Assembly (NCBI RefSeq): GCF_030144855.1
Contig: NC_082707.1
Span: 88,536,001 to 88,600,000, forward strand
DNA length: 64,000 nt
Direction: 5' to 3'
Origin: Hypanus sabinus
Taxonomy: Eukaryota
Positions 51,040-64,000 of this stretch are shown here, one piece after another (the stretch's first letter is position 1; every line of letters starts with the position of its first letter). The translations under genes were made by a program, and so were the position numbers. The notes under the pieces were generated by a model. The model saw only the letters and a program-made list of their open reading frames with translations, ran no database searches and was not told the DNA's origin.

Positions 51040-54000
51040 CCTGCTGATAAATGTGGTGAACATCGAGCTGTAGTCAATGAACAACAGACTGATGCACTTT
51101 CATCCAGATGGTCCAGAACAAAGTAGAGAACCAAAGAAATTGTATCTGATATTGACCTGTTGTGTTGATAGGCAATTGAGGTGAATCAAGTCCGGAGCTG
51201 ATTAACACTATAACCAACCTCCTAAAGCCCTTGATTACACATATATAGCTAGGGTGCTTAAGTGTTTTGCACAGTATTATATTTGTAAACATGGAGCAGA
51301 CAGCGAGTTTGTAAATCTGGAGCAAACAAAGGAATCAGTGAAAGATCGCACCAACTTGGGTGTTCAACTTGTGTGTAAAAGACAACAAGCAGTGCAAATA
51401 CAAAAAAAAGAATATAATAAGAAAAAATAAATAAGAAATAGATATCAAGAATATGGGATGAAGAGTACTTGAAAAGGAGCTCATAGGTCATAGGAAATTA
51501 CATTGATGGGACAAGTGAAGTTGAGTGAAATTATCCTCTTTGGTTCAAGGGTCTGTTGGTTGAGGGGTAATAACTTTCCAGTTCCTGGTGGTGTGAGTTC
51601 CGAGGCACCTGGACCTTTATCCTGATAACAGCAGAAAGAAGATATCATAAAGTAGGTGGTGGGGATCTGTGATGATGGATGCTGCTTTCCTGCACAAACA
51701 CTTTGTGTAGATACTGTATGCTCAATGGAGGGGTGATCTTTACTCATGATGGACTGGGCCATATCCACTGCTTTTTTTTTGGTAGGATTTTCCATTCAGG
51801 GGCATTGGTGTTTCCGTACCATGCTGTGATACCACCAGTGAATACGCTCTCAACTACATGGGTATAGAAATTTTTCAAAGTTTTAGATGTCATACAAATC
51901 TTCACAAGCTCCTAAGGAAGTAAAGATGTTGCCATTCTTTCTACTTAATTGCACTTACTTGCTTGGTCCAAGACAGATCCTTTGAAATCATAACACAAAG
52001 GACTTTCAAGTTGCTGACTCTCACCACCTCTACTGAGGACTGGGTCATGGACCTCTGGTTTCTTCCTCCTGAAGTCAATAATCAGCTGCCAGGTCTTGCT
52101 GACATCAAGAAAGAGGTTGTTGTTATGGCATGATTAAATTTGCCTCCTATATACTGCTTCCTGACCACCTTCAATTCAGCCTCTGACATCAGCAAACTTG
52201 AATATGGCATTTGGGCTGTACACACAGACATAAGTAGAGTGAGTAGAGCTTTACACTTTGTTCCTCCCCTCTGGGCCCATTTTGAATTTGTGATGTCTCC
52301 ATTTTTTGTTGGTTACCAATTTGAATTGATTGGAGACTGCAAGTGAGGAAATCAAGGATTCAATTGCACAAGGAGGTATTGAGGACATGGTCGAAGCATA
52401 TTGATTAGCTTTGAGGGGATAATAATATTGAATGCTGAGCTGTAGACCATAAACAGCATTCTGATTCAAAGGATTTGTGGGTTCATTTACAATCAAAGTA
52501 TCCAACTCCGAGATTCTTCCCCAGAGAGCCATGAATCCAAGATCATCAACTCCCAAATCCACACAAAATGCAACAAGAGCATTGGCCCCCAAATACCTCT
52601 CTCCCCAAAAAAATCAAATAGAAATACAAGAAAAGTGACCCCAAACCCCCCCACATGAAGCCGAAAAAGATCATCGGTCCCCAATCCACCCCTGAACAAA
52701 AAAATGAAAGGATGAAAATCATAGAATATAAAAAATATAAGAATGAAAAAAGTCCACAGACTATAGTCCAAATCCATATCCATATACAAAACACAGAGAA
52801 GCTTGGTAACATTCTCCAGGCAAACAGTGGAAGCTTTAATCAGCAAAATGGAGTCGACCATTGGAGCTGAGGTATCCTCGACTTGAGCCCTATGCAAGCT
52901 GCCGTCTGCAATTTAAAAACACAAAAGAAGTGAAATAAATAGTATTGTGGTCTATCCAGAAGATGTCGACCATGGGAGCATTGTCTGCAGGTGCCATTTT
53001 GACAGGACGTATGCATTGTTGCTATCCAGATGTTCCAGTGTTGAGTGACAAGCCAATGAGACGGCATCTGTTGTGGACCTATTGTGCAAGCAGGCAAAGT
53101 GGAGAGGATCCTGCTTCTCAGGCAGGAGCTGATGTGTTTCATCGCCATGGAAGTAAGTGCTGCAGGACGATAGTCATTGAGGCAGGTTATCCCATTCATT
53201 GTAGCACTGGTATAATTGAAGCCCGCTTGAAGCAAGTGAGTACCTCAGACTGCCAAATCGAGAGATGCCTCATTTGGGCCAGATGCTTTTCCTGAGTTTA
53301 CCATCCTGAAGGCTGCTCACTTGTCACCCTCAAAGACAGAAATCACAGATCATCAGGGGCTGTGGGAGTTGTGATGGTTCCTCCGTTTTGACGGTCCGAG
53401 TGAGCATAGAAGGCATTGAGCTCATATCGAAGTGAAGTCCTTGAATAACTCTGATCTAGTCCGGGGCTTCTGGTTGGGAAGACTCTAAATCATTTTATCG
53501 GGACACACGTATGCACAACTGTTTTAATAAAGTCCATGACAATCATGGATTAGATAAGGTGGATGTGGAGAGTGTGTTTCCTATGGTGGGGTGATCCAGA
53601 ACTAGAAGGCACAGACTTAAAATTGAGGAGCAACCCTTTAAAACAGAGATAAGTAGGAATATTTTTAGCCAGAGAGTAGTGAATCTGTGGAATGCTCTAC
53701 CACAGAGTGTGATACAGGGCAAGTCCATATGTGTATATTTAAGACAGAAGTTGATCGTTTTCCAATTGGTAAGGGCATCATAGGATATGACCAGAAGGCA
53801 GATGTATGGGGTTGAGTGGAATCCAGGATCTGCCATGATCGAATGGTGGAGCAGACTCATTGGGCTAAATGGCCTAATTCTGCTCCTGTGTCTTATGGTG
53901 TATTTATTCAGGTCCACAGATGAGTCCTTGAACATGGCCCAGTCCAACAATTTGAAGCAACCCAGTAGTGATTCCGCCACCCACAGCCACCTCTTTGCTG

Positions 54001-54530
54001 TCCTAATCTGCAGAGGTTTGCTCTTTAGTCTCAGCCTGTATGTAGGTAGGAGAAGAACAGCCAAGGGATCAGATTTTCCAAAATGTGGTCTGGGCATGGA
54101 AAATTGCCATTCCTCCTTTCGACAAAACCACCATATCCGAGCACCACTGAGAGTTTATCATGAAACACACACCTTCAGCTTTTGCCTTTTCCAAATCAGC
54201 AGTTTGGTGCATCCTCTGAATCAAGATGCTTTGGGTTTGATTGCTGTATCTGGTGTGCTGGGAGTAAGTCATGTCTCATTCAAACACAAAACACGATGAT
54301 CTCCCTTTTCCCTCCAATACAGCAATCTTTCCCTCAGGTCCTCAATTTTGTTCTCAAGCAACTGCAAACCTGCTAACAAGATGCTGGGTAGAGGGTATCT
54401 CATTTCTCTGTGTTTCAGTCTGGCTAAGAGTCCCCACCCCCCACCGCCATACTTCAGGAAATGCTGATGAACCTTCATCTGCTTAAAGGTACCATACTTG
54501 CTTCCTTGAAAGTTAAGTCTGACAGGCCTT
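51040..54530 (-). mobile_element. cluster of Rex1/Babar fragments with a nested + strand CR1 3' end (53545-53900)
   Basis: LNDYRPAALTSMAMK, HFGKSDPLAVLLLP, GVCFMINSQWC and LENKIEDLRERL. Confidence 0.75.
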
Positions 54531-54917
54531 TCATGAGATCATAAAATGTCATGATTAAGTAGATTTAAAAGCACATTGCTTAATGGGAAACTGCATGCTG
54601 CAGATTGTAGTGAAATTAATTCAAAAGAGGTATATTTAGAAGTGTTATATGTAACCCGCAGAATGTCATTGAGTTCTCATGCACCATCTTCCCCAGCTAA
54701 AGATTTATATTTTATTTTAATACAATTTAAGATATTCTAACATTAAGGCAAAATATACAAATAGAGGATGAATATTTAAGATCAGAAATAAATTTTGTCC
54801 TTAAGGGGCCAAAGCTGGAAGACATTTCATTGGTGGTGAGTATTAAGACCAGTCTCTAATCTTAGCTGTTTGTTATAATTTTACCTATCATTAACCATTT
54901 TAATCTCTCTACATCAC

Positions 54918-55555
54918 AGTCTGTCTGTCTGTCTAGGTACCATATCCAATGTGGACGTTGGTGACCATGGTTTTCCATACAGACCTATCCCTTGTTCTTT
55001 GGATGACTTCCATTTCCTCGATGTGTAGCCACCTGGCTAGGCTTTTGATGTACAAAAGCCGAGGTCTTCCTCTAGGCTTGCTCCCCTCGATCTTTCCAGA
55101 GAGTCTGAGTTTTTCCAGTTCATCTTTCCGCATGATGTGTCCTATGAATCTGAGTTGTCTTTCTCTTATTGTTGTTATGTGTGATCTCACTGCTTGGGCT
55201 CTTCTGAGAACTTCTTCATTTGATGTGCGTGTGGTCCATGATATTTTTAACATTCTCCTGAGAAGCAAAATTCAGCTTCTTCTTCTCTCTTTTCCATTGC
55301 TGTGGAAATGGTCCAGCATTCACGTCCGTAAGTCAGGATAGAATAAATGTAGCACTGTAGTGTTCTGTCCTTACTGTACATGCTCACCTTCCTGTCTGTT
55401 AATATGGTCTTCATTTTCTGGAATGCTTCTTTCACCATTGCTATTCTGTATTTGATATCTGTGTCACACCTGCCATCACTTGTTATTTGGCTGCCAAGAT
55501 ATCTGAATTTGTTGACTTGTTTGATGTTTCTATTTCCGATCTTGATCACACATCG
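54918..55555 (-). mobile_element. RTE-clade LINE 3' end with (AGAC)n tail
   Basis: QVNKFRYLGSQITSDGRC..RIAM; RRMLKISWT..NEEVL..RQLRFIGHIMR..GKIEGSKPRGRPR. Confidence 0.88.
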
Positions 55556-56290
55556 TGTCTGCCATGGTTGCCTACCCCTGCCATTTGAGAACAACTTCTT
55601 CTGTGGGACATATCTATCCTGTGCCTTTCGAACTACTCCCAAAAACTTCAGTCACCTCTGCTCTACCATCATCCCCACCAGTATCCCTCTCCAATCCACC
55701 TGGGCAAGCTCCTCTCTCATACCTCTGTAATTCCCTTTATTGCATTGTGATACTGATACATGTGAGTTATGCTTCTCCCTCTCAAATTACAGTATGAATT
55801 CAAACATATGATCACTGCCTCCTAAGGGTTCCTTTATATAAAGCTCCCTAATAAGATCTGGGTTATTGCACAACTCCCAATTTAAGATAGCCTTTCCCTA
55901 AGTAGGCTCAAGCACAGGATGATGTAAAAATCCTTATTGTAGGCATTCAACAAAGCCTCTCTTGTGATCCAATACTAATCTGATCTTTCCAAACCCCTTG
56001 CATATTGAGGTCCAGTACAATTGTGTCATTCCCCTTAATACCTGCCTTTTACGTCTCCCTTTGCAATCTCAGCCACTCATCTCGGCTACTATTTGGGGGG
56101 TCTGTATATGATTCCTATAATGTTTTCTGGGAGATTCTGGCTTTCCCTGTTCTCCAACATCCTGCACGAAGAACACATCACAGCCATTTAAATGCTACAG
56201 TAAGAGTGAGAAAAAAACATAAAGGAAACCTTAACAGACGCTTTACACAGAGCCGACACCTCTTCCAAACCGAAGCCTCTTTTGCATCTA
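55556..56290 (-). mobile_element. internally deleted CR1 fragment
   Basis: AQDRYVPQKK..GRQPW (ORF2) and VMCSSCRMLE (ORF1 start). Confidence 0.7.
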
Positions 56291-56299
56291 CTGTCACCT

Positions 56300-58950
56300 A
56301 TAAGATAGGTGAACTTGGAGCACTGTAATAGAGTGATGTATAACATTGTGGGCATCATAGAATTATGGCTGAAAGTAGATTATAATTGGTTGCTTAACAT
56401 ACAAAGTTACACATTGTAGCAAAAGGAAAGCCAGGTAGGTATTGGAATAGTGTGTCTCTTTTGATACAAATTAAATCAAATTATAAGAAAGAGGTGATAT
56501 GGGATCAGAAGGTGTAGACTCATTATTGATAGAGCTAAGAAATTGAAAGGGTAAAAAGACCCTGATGGATTATAAATAACCACCAAAGTGTAGCAAAGAT
56601 GTGGTGTACAAATTACAACAGGGGATAGAAAATTTATGTCAAAAGGGCACTGTTACCATTGTTACGGGAAAATTCACAATGCAGGTAGATTGGGAAAATC
56701 ATGTTGGTGCTGGATCCCAAGAGGGGGAATTTGTATAATGGCTATGAGAGGGCTTTTGAGGGCAGCTTTTGATTGGGGGAGCCCACTGTGACTGAATTCA
56801 CTCTGAAATTTGTGAAGAATCTAATGTCAGGTGTTTCAGGATTATAGTGAAGAAAAGAGAATTACGGAGGCCTGAAAGAGGAGCTGGCCAAAATTGATTG
56901 GAAGGGGGCACTAGCAGGGATGATGGCAGAGCCGCAGTGTCTGGTGCTTCTGGAAGTAATTCAGAAGGTGTGGAATAGATACACCCCAAAGAAGAAGACG
57001 TATTCTAAAGGTAGGATGGTGTGACTGCGGCTGAGAAAGGAAATTAAAGCCAACATAAAAGCCAAAGTGGGGGCATATAATAGAACAAAAATTCATGGGA
57101 AGTTAGAGAAATTATTTAAGATTTAAAAACTAACAAAAGGCAACTAAAAATGTCATCAAGAAAGAAAAAAATTGAATAATGTGAAGGATGATACCTAAAG
57201 TTTCTTCAGATATATAAAGTGTAAAACAGAGATGAAGTTAGATATTGGACTGCAGGAGAGGTAGTAATGGGGGAGAAGGAAATGAATTGCAGATGATTTG
57301 AATAAGTATTTTGCATCAGTCTTCACTTTGGAAGACACCAGCAGTATGTCAGAAGTTTAAGAGTGTTAGGCTGCAGAAATGAGTAAAATTGACATTACTA
57401 AAGAGAATGCGCTGGGGAAATTGTAAGTTTTGAAGGTAGATAAGTCATCTGGACTAGATGGTTTACACACCAGGGTTCTGAAAGAGGTGGCTGAAAAGAT
57501 TTTGAAGGCATTAATAATGATCTTTCAAGAATCAGTAGATTTTTGCATGGTTCTGGAGGACTAAAAAGCTGCAAGTGCCACCCCACCCTTCAAGAAGAGA
57601 GAAAGACAGAAGAAAGGAAATTATAGACCAGTTTGTTTGACCTCAGTGTGTGGGGAGATGTTGGAGTTGATGATTATGGATGTGGTTTCAGGGTACTTAG
57701 AGGCATGTGATAAAATAGGCCAAAGTCAGCATGGTTTCCTCATGGGGAAACCTTGCTTGACAAATCTGTTGGAATTCTTTGAAGAAATAACATACAGGAT
57801 AGACAAAGGAGAATCTGTGGATTTTGCGTCCTCAGATTTTCAGATGACTTTTAACAAGGTGCCACACATGAGGCTCCTTAAGAAGCTAACAGCCCATGAC
57901 ATTACAGGAATAATACTAGAACGGATAGATTATTGCCTGATTTGTAGCAGGGGAGGAGTGGGAATAAAGGGAACATTTTCTGTTTGGCTGCCAGTGACTA
58001 GTGGTGGTCCACAGGTGTCTGTGTTAGGGCAGTTTCTTTTTCCTTCACTTGTCAATGATTTGTATGACAGAATTGATGGCTTTGTGGCCAGCTTTGTGGA
58101 CAATATGTATATAGGTAGAGGGGCAGATACGTTCAGGAAGCAGAGATATTACAGAAGAACATAGACAGATTAGGAGAATGGGCAAAGAAGTGGCAGATGA
58201 AATACAGTGTAGGGAAGAGTATGGTCATGCATTTTGGTAGACAAAATAAAAACAGGCTATTTCCTAAATAGATAGAAAATTCAAAAATCTGAGGTGCAAA
58301 GGGACTTGAAAGTCATTATGCAAGACTCCTTAAAGGTTAATTTGCAGGTTTGTGGTGAGGAAGGCAAATGCAATGTTAGCATTTATTTTGAGATGGCTGA
58401 ACTATAAGAGCAAGTATGTAATGTTGAGCCTCTATAAGGAACTGCTGAGGTCTCACTTGGAGTAGGCTGAGCTGTTTTGGACATCTTATCTAACGACTTT
58501 GTAGAGTGCCCAAAGCAGGGTCACAAAATGTTTCCATGAATGAAAGGTTTATCATATGATGAGTGTTTGATGGCCCTGCAGCTGTACGTACTGGAAGTTA
58601 GAAGAAGCAGGGGGGATCTCATTGAAGCTTATCAGATGATGAAAGACTTTGATAGAGTGGACGTGTAGAGGATGCTCCCTGTTACGGGAGTCACAGCCTC
58701 AGAATAAAGGGATCTCCATTTCGAATGGAGATGAGAAGGAATATCTTTCCCCCAGCTGTACAGGCAAAGTCATTGAGTATATTTAAGGCAGAGGTTGATT
58801 GATTCTTGATTAGTCAGGGCATGAAGGGTTATGAGGAGAAGGCAGGAGATTGGGGCTGAGAGGGAAATGGAACAGCCATGACAAAATTGTGGAGTAGACT
58901 TGATGAGCCAAATAGCCTAATACTGCTTCTATATCTTATGGTCTTATGCT
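56300..58950 (+). mobile_element. degenerate CR1 ORF2 and 3'UTR
   Basis: SQHGFLMGKPCLTNLLEFFEEI, VTSGGPQVSVLG; tail tcttatggtcttatg. Confidence 0.88.
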
Positions 58951-59333
58951 CTAAAATTCTGACAGGGATGGGCATGGCAGATTGCAAAAATCCCTTTCCT
59001 TTCATGGGAATGTCAAGGGTACAAAGGGTATATAATTTAAGATTAGAGTGTGGCTTCAGTATGGAATTAGAAAGTAGTGGAGGCAGGTACTCTCGCATCT
59101 AGAGAAACACTTGATTTGTAAAGGGATAGAATACTATGGACCTAATGCAGATAACATGAATAGGAAAGGTTTTCAATATGGGGAAATGGAGCCAAGTGAG
59201 AGAAGGTCCGATTGGCATGTTGAATAGCATGGACAGATGGTTCTGAAGGAACTCTTCCTGTGCTATACATCTCTAAGAGACTTTCACTCAATTGGGAAGA
59301 TTATAAATGAGTGCAGTATTCAGTGGATGTGAC

Positions 59334-61662
59334 TGTCATTGTCCGGTCCATGAAGTCCACGTTCCGGCTCACGGTCTGGTCCATGGACTCCAGACTCCGG
59401 GTCTTCCAGTGTTCCTTTGTCTCACTGGGGCTTAATCGTAGGCACCTGATTCTTGTCTTGGGGCCAGGAATATAAGTGGTTCTGGGATCAAGGCTGGTTG
59501 CTGGTTTGTCTCATCAGTGTCCTGTCCTTGTCTCTGTGGGGTTTGTCTTGTCAGTATCATGTCCTTCCCACTGTGTGGGTTTGTCCTGTTGGTATCCTAT
59601 CTTCACATCTGTGGGGTAAGTCAGGCTGTCCTTGCTGTTACACTATTGTGGGATCTGTCACTCCTGGTCCTTGCCTTTGTTGGGTAAGTCAGGCTGTCAT
59701 TGCTGTTACCCTGAGGCTGGACTGTTCATTTCCTTCCCTTCAAAGCCTTTCCCTGCAACCTATGCCTGGAGCCTTGCCCTGCAACTGTCTGTCTGTGTCC
59801 ATGCCTTCAAAAGGTAGGTCTGGCTGTTTTGCCACTACCTTGCATTGGGAACTGCCTCATTGTGTTCTGTGCTCTGTGTAATGAGTCCTAGCCCTACATC
59901 CTGTACCCAAGGAGGGGTCCTGGCTTGGTGTTCCATGTTCCTGTCTCTCTCTTGACACTGTGCACTGTGTTCCTGTCTCTCCGTCGACCCTGGCTCTGCA
60001 CTCTGCATTCCTGTCTCACCCTCGACCCAGGCTCAGTGCTCTGCATTCCTGTCTCTCCCTCGACCCAGGCTCTGTGCTCCGCGTTCCTGTCTCTCCCTCG
60101 ACCCAGGCTCTGTGCTCCGCGTTCCTGTCTCTCCCTCGACCCAGGCTCTGTGCTCCGCGTTCCTGTCTCTCCCTCGACCCAGGCTCTGTGCTCCGCGTTC
60201 CTGTCTCTCCCTCGACCCAGGCTCTGTGTCCTACGTTCCTGTCTCTCCCTCGACCCAGGCTCTGTGTCCTACGTTCCTGTCTCTCCCTCGACCCAGGCTC
60301 TGTGTCCTACGTTCCTGTCTCTCCCTCGACCCAGGCTCTGTGTCCTACGTTCCTGTCTCTCCCTCGACCCAGGCTCTGTGTTCTCTGTTCCTGTCTCTCC
60401 GTCGACCCTGGCTCTGTGTCCTACTTTCCTGTCTCTCCCTCGACCCAGGCTCTGTGCTCTGCGTTCCTGTCTCTCCCTCGACCCAGGCTCTGTGCTCTGC
60501 GTTCCTGTCTCTCCGTTGACCCAGGCTCAGTGCTCTGCGTTCCTGTCTCTCCCTCGACCCAGGCTCTGTGCTCTGTGTTCCTGTCTCTCCCTCGACCCAG
60601 GCTCTGTGTCCTACATTCCTGTCTCTCCCTCGACCCAGGCTCTGTGTCCTACGTTCCTGTCTCTCCCTCGACCCAGGCTCTGTGTCCTACGTTCCTGTCT
60701 CTCCCTCGACCCAGGCTCTGTGTCCTACGTTCCTGTCTCTCCCTCGACCCAGGCTCTGTGTTCTCTGTTCCTGTCTCTCCGTCGACCCTGGCTCTGTGTC
60801 CTACTTTCCTGTCTCTCCCTCGACCCAGGCTCTGTGCTCTGCGTTCCTGTCTCTCCCTCGACCCAGGCTCTGTGCTCTGCGTTCCTGTCTCTCCCTCGAC
60901 CCAGGCTCTGTGCTCTGCGTTCCTGTCTCTCCCTCGACCCAGGCTCTGTGCTCCGCGTTCCTGTCTCTCCCTCGACCCAGGCTCTGTGCTCCGCGTTCCT
61001 GTCTCTCCCTCGACCCAGGCTCTGTGCTCCGCGTTCCTGTCTCTCCCTCGACCCAGGCTCTGTGCTGTGTGTTCCTGTCTCTCCCTCGACCCAGGCTCTG
61101 TGCTGTGTGTTCCTGTCTCTCCCTCGACCCAGGCTCTGTGCTGTGTGTTCCTGTCTCTCCCTCGACCCAGGCTCTGTGTTCTGTGTTCCTGCTCTCTCTT
61201 GACCCAGGCTCCGTGTTCTCGTCTTGTCAATGTGCCTCATCGAGCCCAGGAGTACCTTGCCCAGCCCAGTGCTGGGATTCCTTCATCCTGTGCTGGAGGT
61301 CCCTTGTCCTGTCCAGCAGTCTTTCGTCCCACCCTGTGCCTCTCCTCATCCTGTAGCCACGTCTTGTACTCGCCTGGTTCTGGTGTCCGAGCCAGTGTCA
61401 AGACCCAGGTTCTATGTCCTTGTCCAGTCTCTGGCTTGAGTCCAAGCCCAGGCTCCTAGTTCCCAGTTCCATGTCCTGGTTCCACTATCCTCGTTATGTC
61501 CTAGCCCAGGCCCAGAATCCTTGTCTCATCCAGGGCCTTTGTCATGTCCAGCGTCTTTTCTTCCTCACTTCCCTTGCTTCCTTCTCATGCCTAGTCCTGT
61601 TCCTGGTAGTTCAGTGTCTGTGTCTTGCTTTTGGGTCCACCCTGAATGCCCCCTTTATAACA
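59334..61662 (+). mobile_element. solo LTR with 5-bp TSD GTGAC, expanded by a minisatellite
   Basis: TGTCAT...ATAACA termini; gtgac at 59329-59333 and 61663-61667. The 5' gtccggtcc.. and 3' cagtgtctg..tttgggtcca ends are shared with the LTR at 29292. Confidence 0.88.
59936..61220 (+). repeat. 38-bp minisatellite, about 33-34 copies
   Basis: Unit gttcctgtctctccctcgacccaggctctgtgctccgc; variation is concentrated in the last 6 nt. Confidence 0.97.
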
Positions 61663-61789
61663 GTGACAGGCTGAAGGACTTGTTCCTCTCTGTGCAACTT
61701 AAACTCAATTTCACATGCTCCCTTAAAGTACCTGTTATAGTGTCCTTATGTAATGGCTGCAGCCACTGCAAACTGGGGTCCTTCTCAAC

Positions 61790-62140
61790 ATTGTAGAGAA
61801 CATTTTGTGGCCCATTACATTTGACATTTTTGGATTCAACAAGATCCTCAATTAATTATGTGTTTACTAAAGAGATGGGACAACACTGATAACACAGTGT
61901 GCTTATTGACAAGGAAGGCAATGGCAGCTCTTTATGGGTTACAGTTTGCTTCCATCTCGCCCCATATTCAGCACTTTACTCTCTGCAAAAAGGCAGATAT
62001 AGAATTGGTCTTCTCAGCTCCATATGGAACACCTGTCTGGGGAGAAATGTGAGTTATGACAGGAAGTGGATCATTACTTGAACATTATTTCCAGTTATAT
62101 TTTACAAATAGATACAAAAATTTAATTCAATCCAAACAAA
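61790..62140 (+). pseudogene. A4GNT-like pseudogene, degraded 3' two-thirds of exon 2 (copy 4; may be the partner of the copy 3 exon 1)
   Basis: aagagatgg, aaggaaggcaatggca, catatggaacacctgtctgg, ggaagtggatcattacttgaacattatttccagtt and tacaaaaatttaattcaatcca align to 9895-10268. Confidence 0.82.
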
Positions 62141-63294
62141 AATTCAGTGATTTAAGATCTGATATTGTACAATCAGGGACGAAATTAAATGGCGGATTTC
62201 CAAAATTATCATCTAAAAGGACATAAAACTTTTTAGACCACAATGCATTCATTTTTATACTTTATCCAGAGACTACTATTCCAGTTTGGATACTCTGTTT
62301 GTAACAATATTCAATGTATCAAGTATCTGGATTCACTGTAATCACCATTAGAATCTAGCACAAATTTCCAACTCTGGGTTTCTGTCATGTACCTTGATTG
62401 TAACCAGGCAGTCATATTCCATAGTCAGTTCATCGTGAAACATCTGACAGGTCTTTCAGAACAAAAATCTTTAACGAGGAAAACTGGGATAAACAGGGAC
62501 TCTATATTACCACATTAAGATCTATGAAATGTTGCCTGCTTTTGTATTTGGAAGAATTTTAATTCTGGATTTTCACCAAGACAGTAGAGAATGGGCAATC
62601 ATATAGGAAGATGCACATGATCACCTTACAAAATTGAGGGTAGATCATTAAAATGAAGATTGAAAAACAAATTAAATTACTTCTATAGAAAGAAAAAATA
62701 TTGATGCTGAGAAAAAGCCAGTTAAAATAGAGTTGACTTTGAGATGCAGGGAAATTATTGAAAAGGACAAGTAACATAAAGTCAGAGAAGTCACAAGCTT
62801 ACGGCTTGGTTAGTACTACATTCCAAACTCCAAGTACGATTGTATAACATTGCTTGTCACATGGATATTCTTTTGATCTTCCTTTGACAGCAAAAGAACA
62901 AAATGTCTCTGATCCTTCGTCTACTACAGCTCAGTTTTGTTTGACAATTAACAAGGAGAGATCCTGTAAATGTTATTACTGTCCCTTTCAAAGGATTCAT
63001 CAATGGCTGCTCTGGGAATGATGTGAAATGGCCACTTGTAGAAGTTGGTTTTACCTTGTAGGAAGAGAGAGTATGCAAGCTCTGATGCAGCTGTTGAGCT
63101 TCTGTCTGTGTCCACATTAGTCAGGAATTGTCTCTTTGCATTGGCGATTGCCCTCTAGAGAAGGTACCTGTAATTTCTGTGTCTCAAACACCACAGATTA
63201 GGATTCAGTGGATTATGCATTTTGTACATGTGACAATAAAAACCAATACCAATTTCCCTGTCATATGGCAAGTGATTTTTTTTCATTCACAACC

Positions 63295-63645
63295 CATAGA
63301 AACATAGAACATAGAAAAACTGCAGCACAATACAGGCTCTTTGGCCCACAATGCTGTGCCGAACATGTACTTACTTTAGAAATTATCTAGATTACCCATA
63401 GCCCTCTATTTTTCTAAGATCTCTGTAACTAGCCAGAGTCTCTTAAAAGAACTATCGTATATGCCTCCACCACCATCACCGGCAGCCCATTCCACGCACT
63501 CACCACACTTTGCATAAAAAACTTACCCCTGAAATCTCCTTCAAACTTACTTCCAAGCAACTTAAAACCGTGCCCTTCATTATAGCCATATTAGTCCTGG
63601 GAAAAAGCCTCTGACTAGTCACACAATCAATGCCTCTCATCATTG
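63295..63645 (-). mobile_element. CR1 3' end
   Basis: Reverse complement of the 41160-41484-type tail ((catagaa)n, cagcacaatacaggc). Confidence 0.8.
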
Positions 63646-64000
63646 TTGCTGCTTACTATCAGGCATGATTTGGAATAACACACAAGTCTCACACAGCTGA
63701 AATGTGTTCTTCTTCTCAGGGCTGTTTCTCAAACTCGATCTTACCCTATTTCCCAGTACGAAATGTTTCCAGTGGATGTCCAGTAAGATCAGGTTCTATT
63801 TATGCCATTTAATGAAGAGCAACTTTTGAGACTCAAACAATTCTCATGAAATGAAGTAAGTAGTTCAATGCTGAGGTCAGAACAGAGAATGTGGAACAGT
63901 ACAGCTTAGGAACAGGTCCTTCGGCCCACAGGGTCTAGGCTAACCATGATGCCAATTGAAATCCAAATTAGCCTGGGCATCAAAGGGTATCTGCATCCAC

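Noticed and set aside
59936-61220. CRISPR-like regular repeats
   Set aside because: Head-to-tail units with no unique spacers, eukaryotic context and no cas genes.
59925-61459. 425-, 499- and 262-aa ORFs and their antisense ORFs
   Set aside because: They are translations of a stop-free 38-bp minisatellite (38-aa period = 3 units) inside an LTR, with no coding evidence.

Overview
Vertebrate genomic DNA, AT-rich and dense in transposable elements. The repeats (CR1 LINEs with an SGNH-esterase ORF1, Rex1/Babar, RTE, V-SINE/HE1-like SINEs, Penelope-like elements) suggest a cartilaginous fish; this is inference. One intact gene is present: a two-coding-exon A4GNT-like GT32 glycosyltransferase (5500-5937 + 9681-10283, 346 aa). 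Downstream lie fragments of tandem paralogues on the same strand: an exon-2 pseudogene at 25.4 kb whose promoter and exon 1 were deleted, an exon-1 pseudogene at 30.7 kb, and a second exon-2 pseudogene at 61.8 kb. Most unusual observations: (1) a fossil antisense gene of unknown family with a ~149-nt intron, recoverable only by combining the two paralogous copies of A4GNT intron 1; (2) the functional gene's 3' flank matches a paralogue's intron sequence; (3) a retrovirus-like pol fossil with tether plus RNase H, split in frame by a solo LTR; (4) Penelope-derived fold-back elements carrying minimal hammerhead ribozyme cores; (5) two locally templated insertions; (6) related solo LTRs containing minisatellites. 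All alignments were done by eye, and repeat boundaries are approximate unless a target-site duplication (TSD) is cited.
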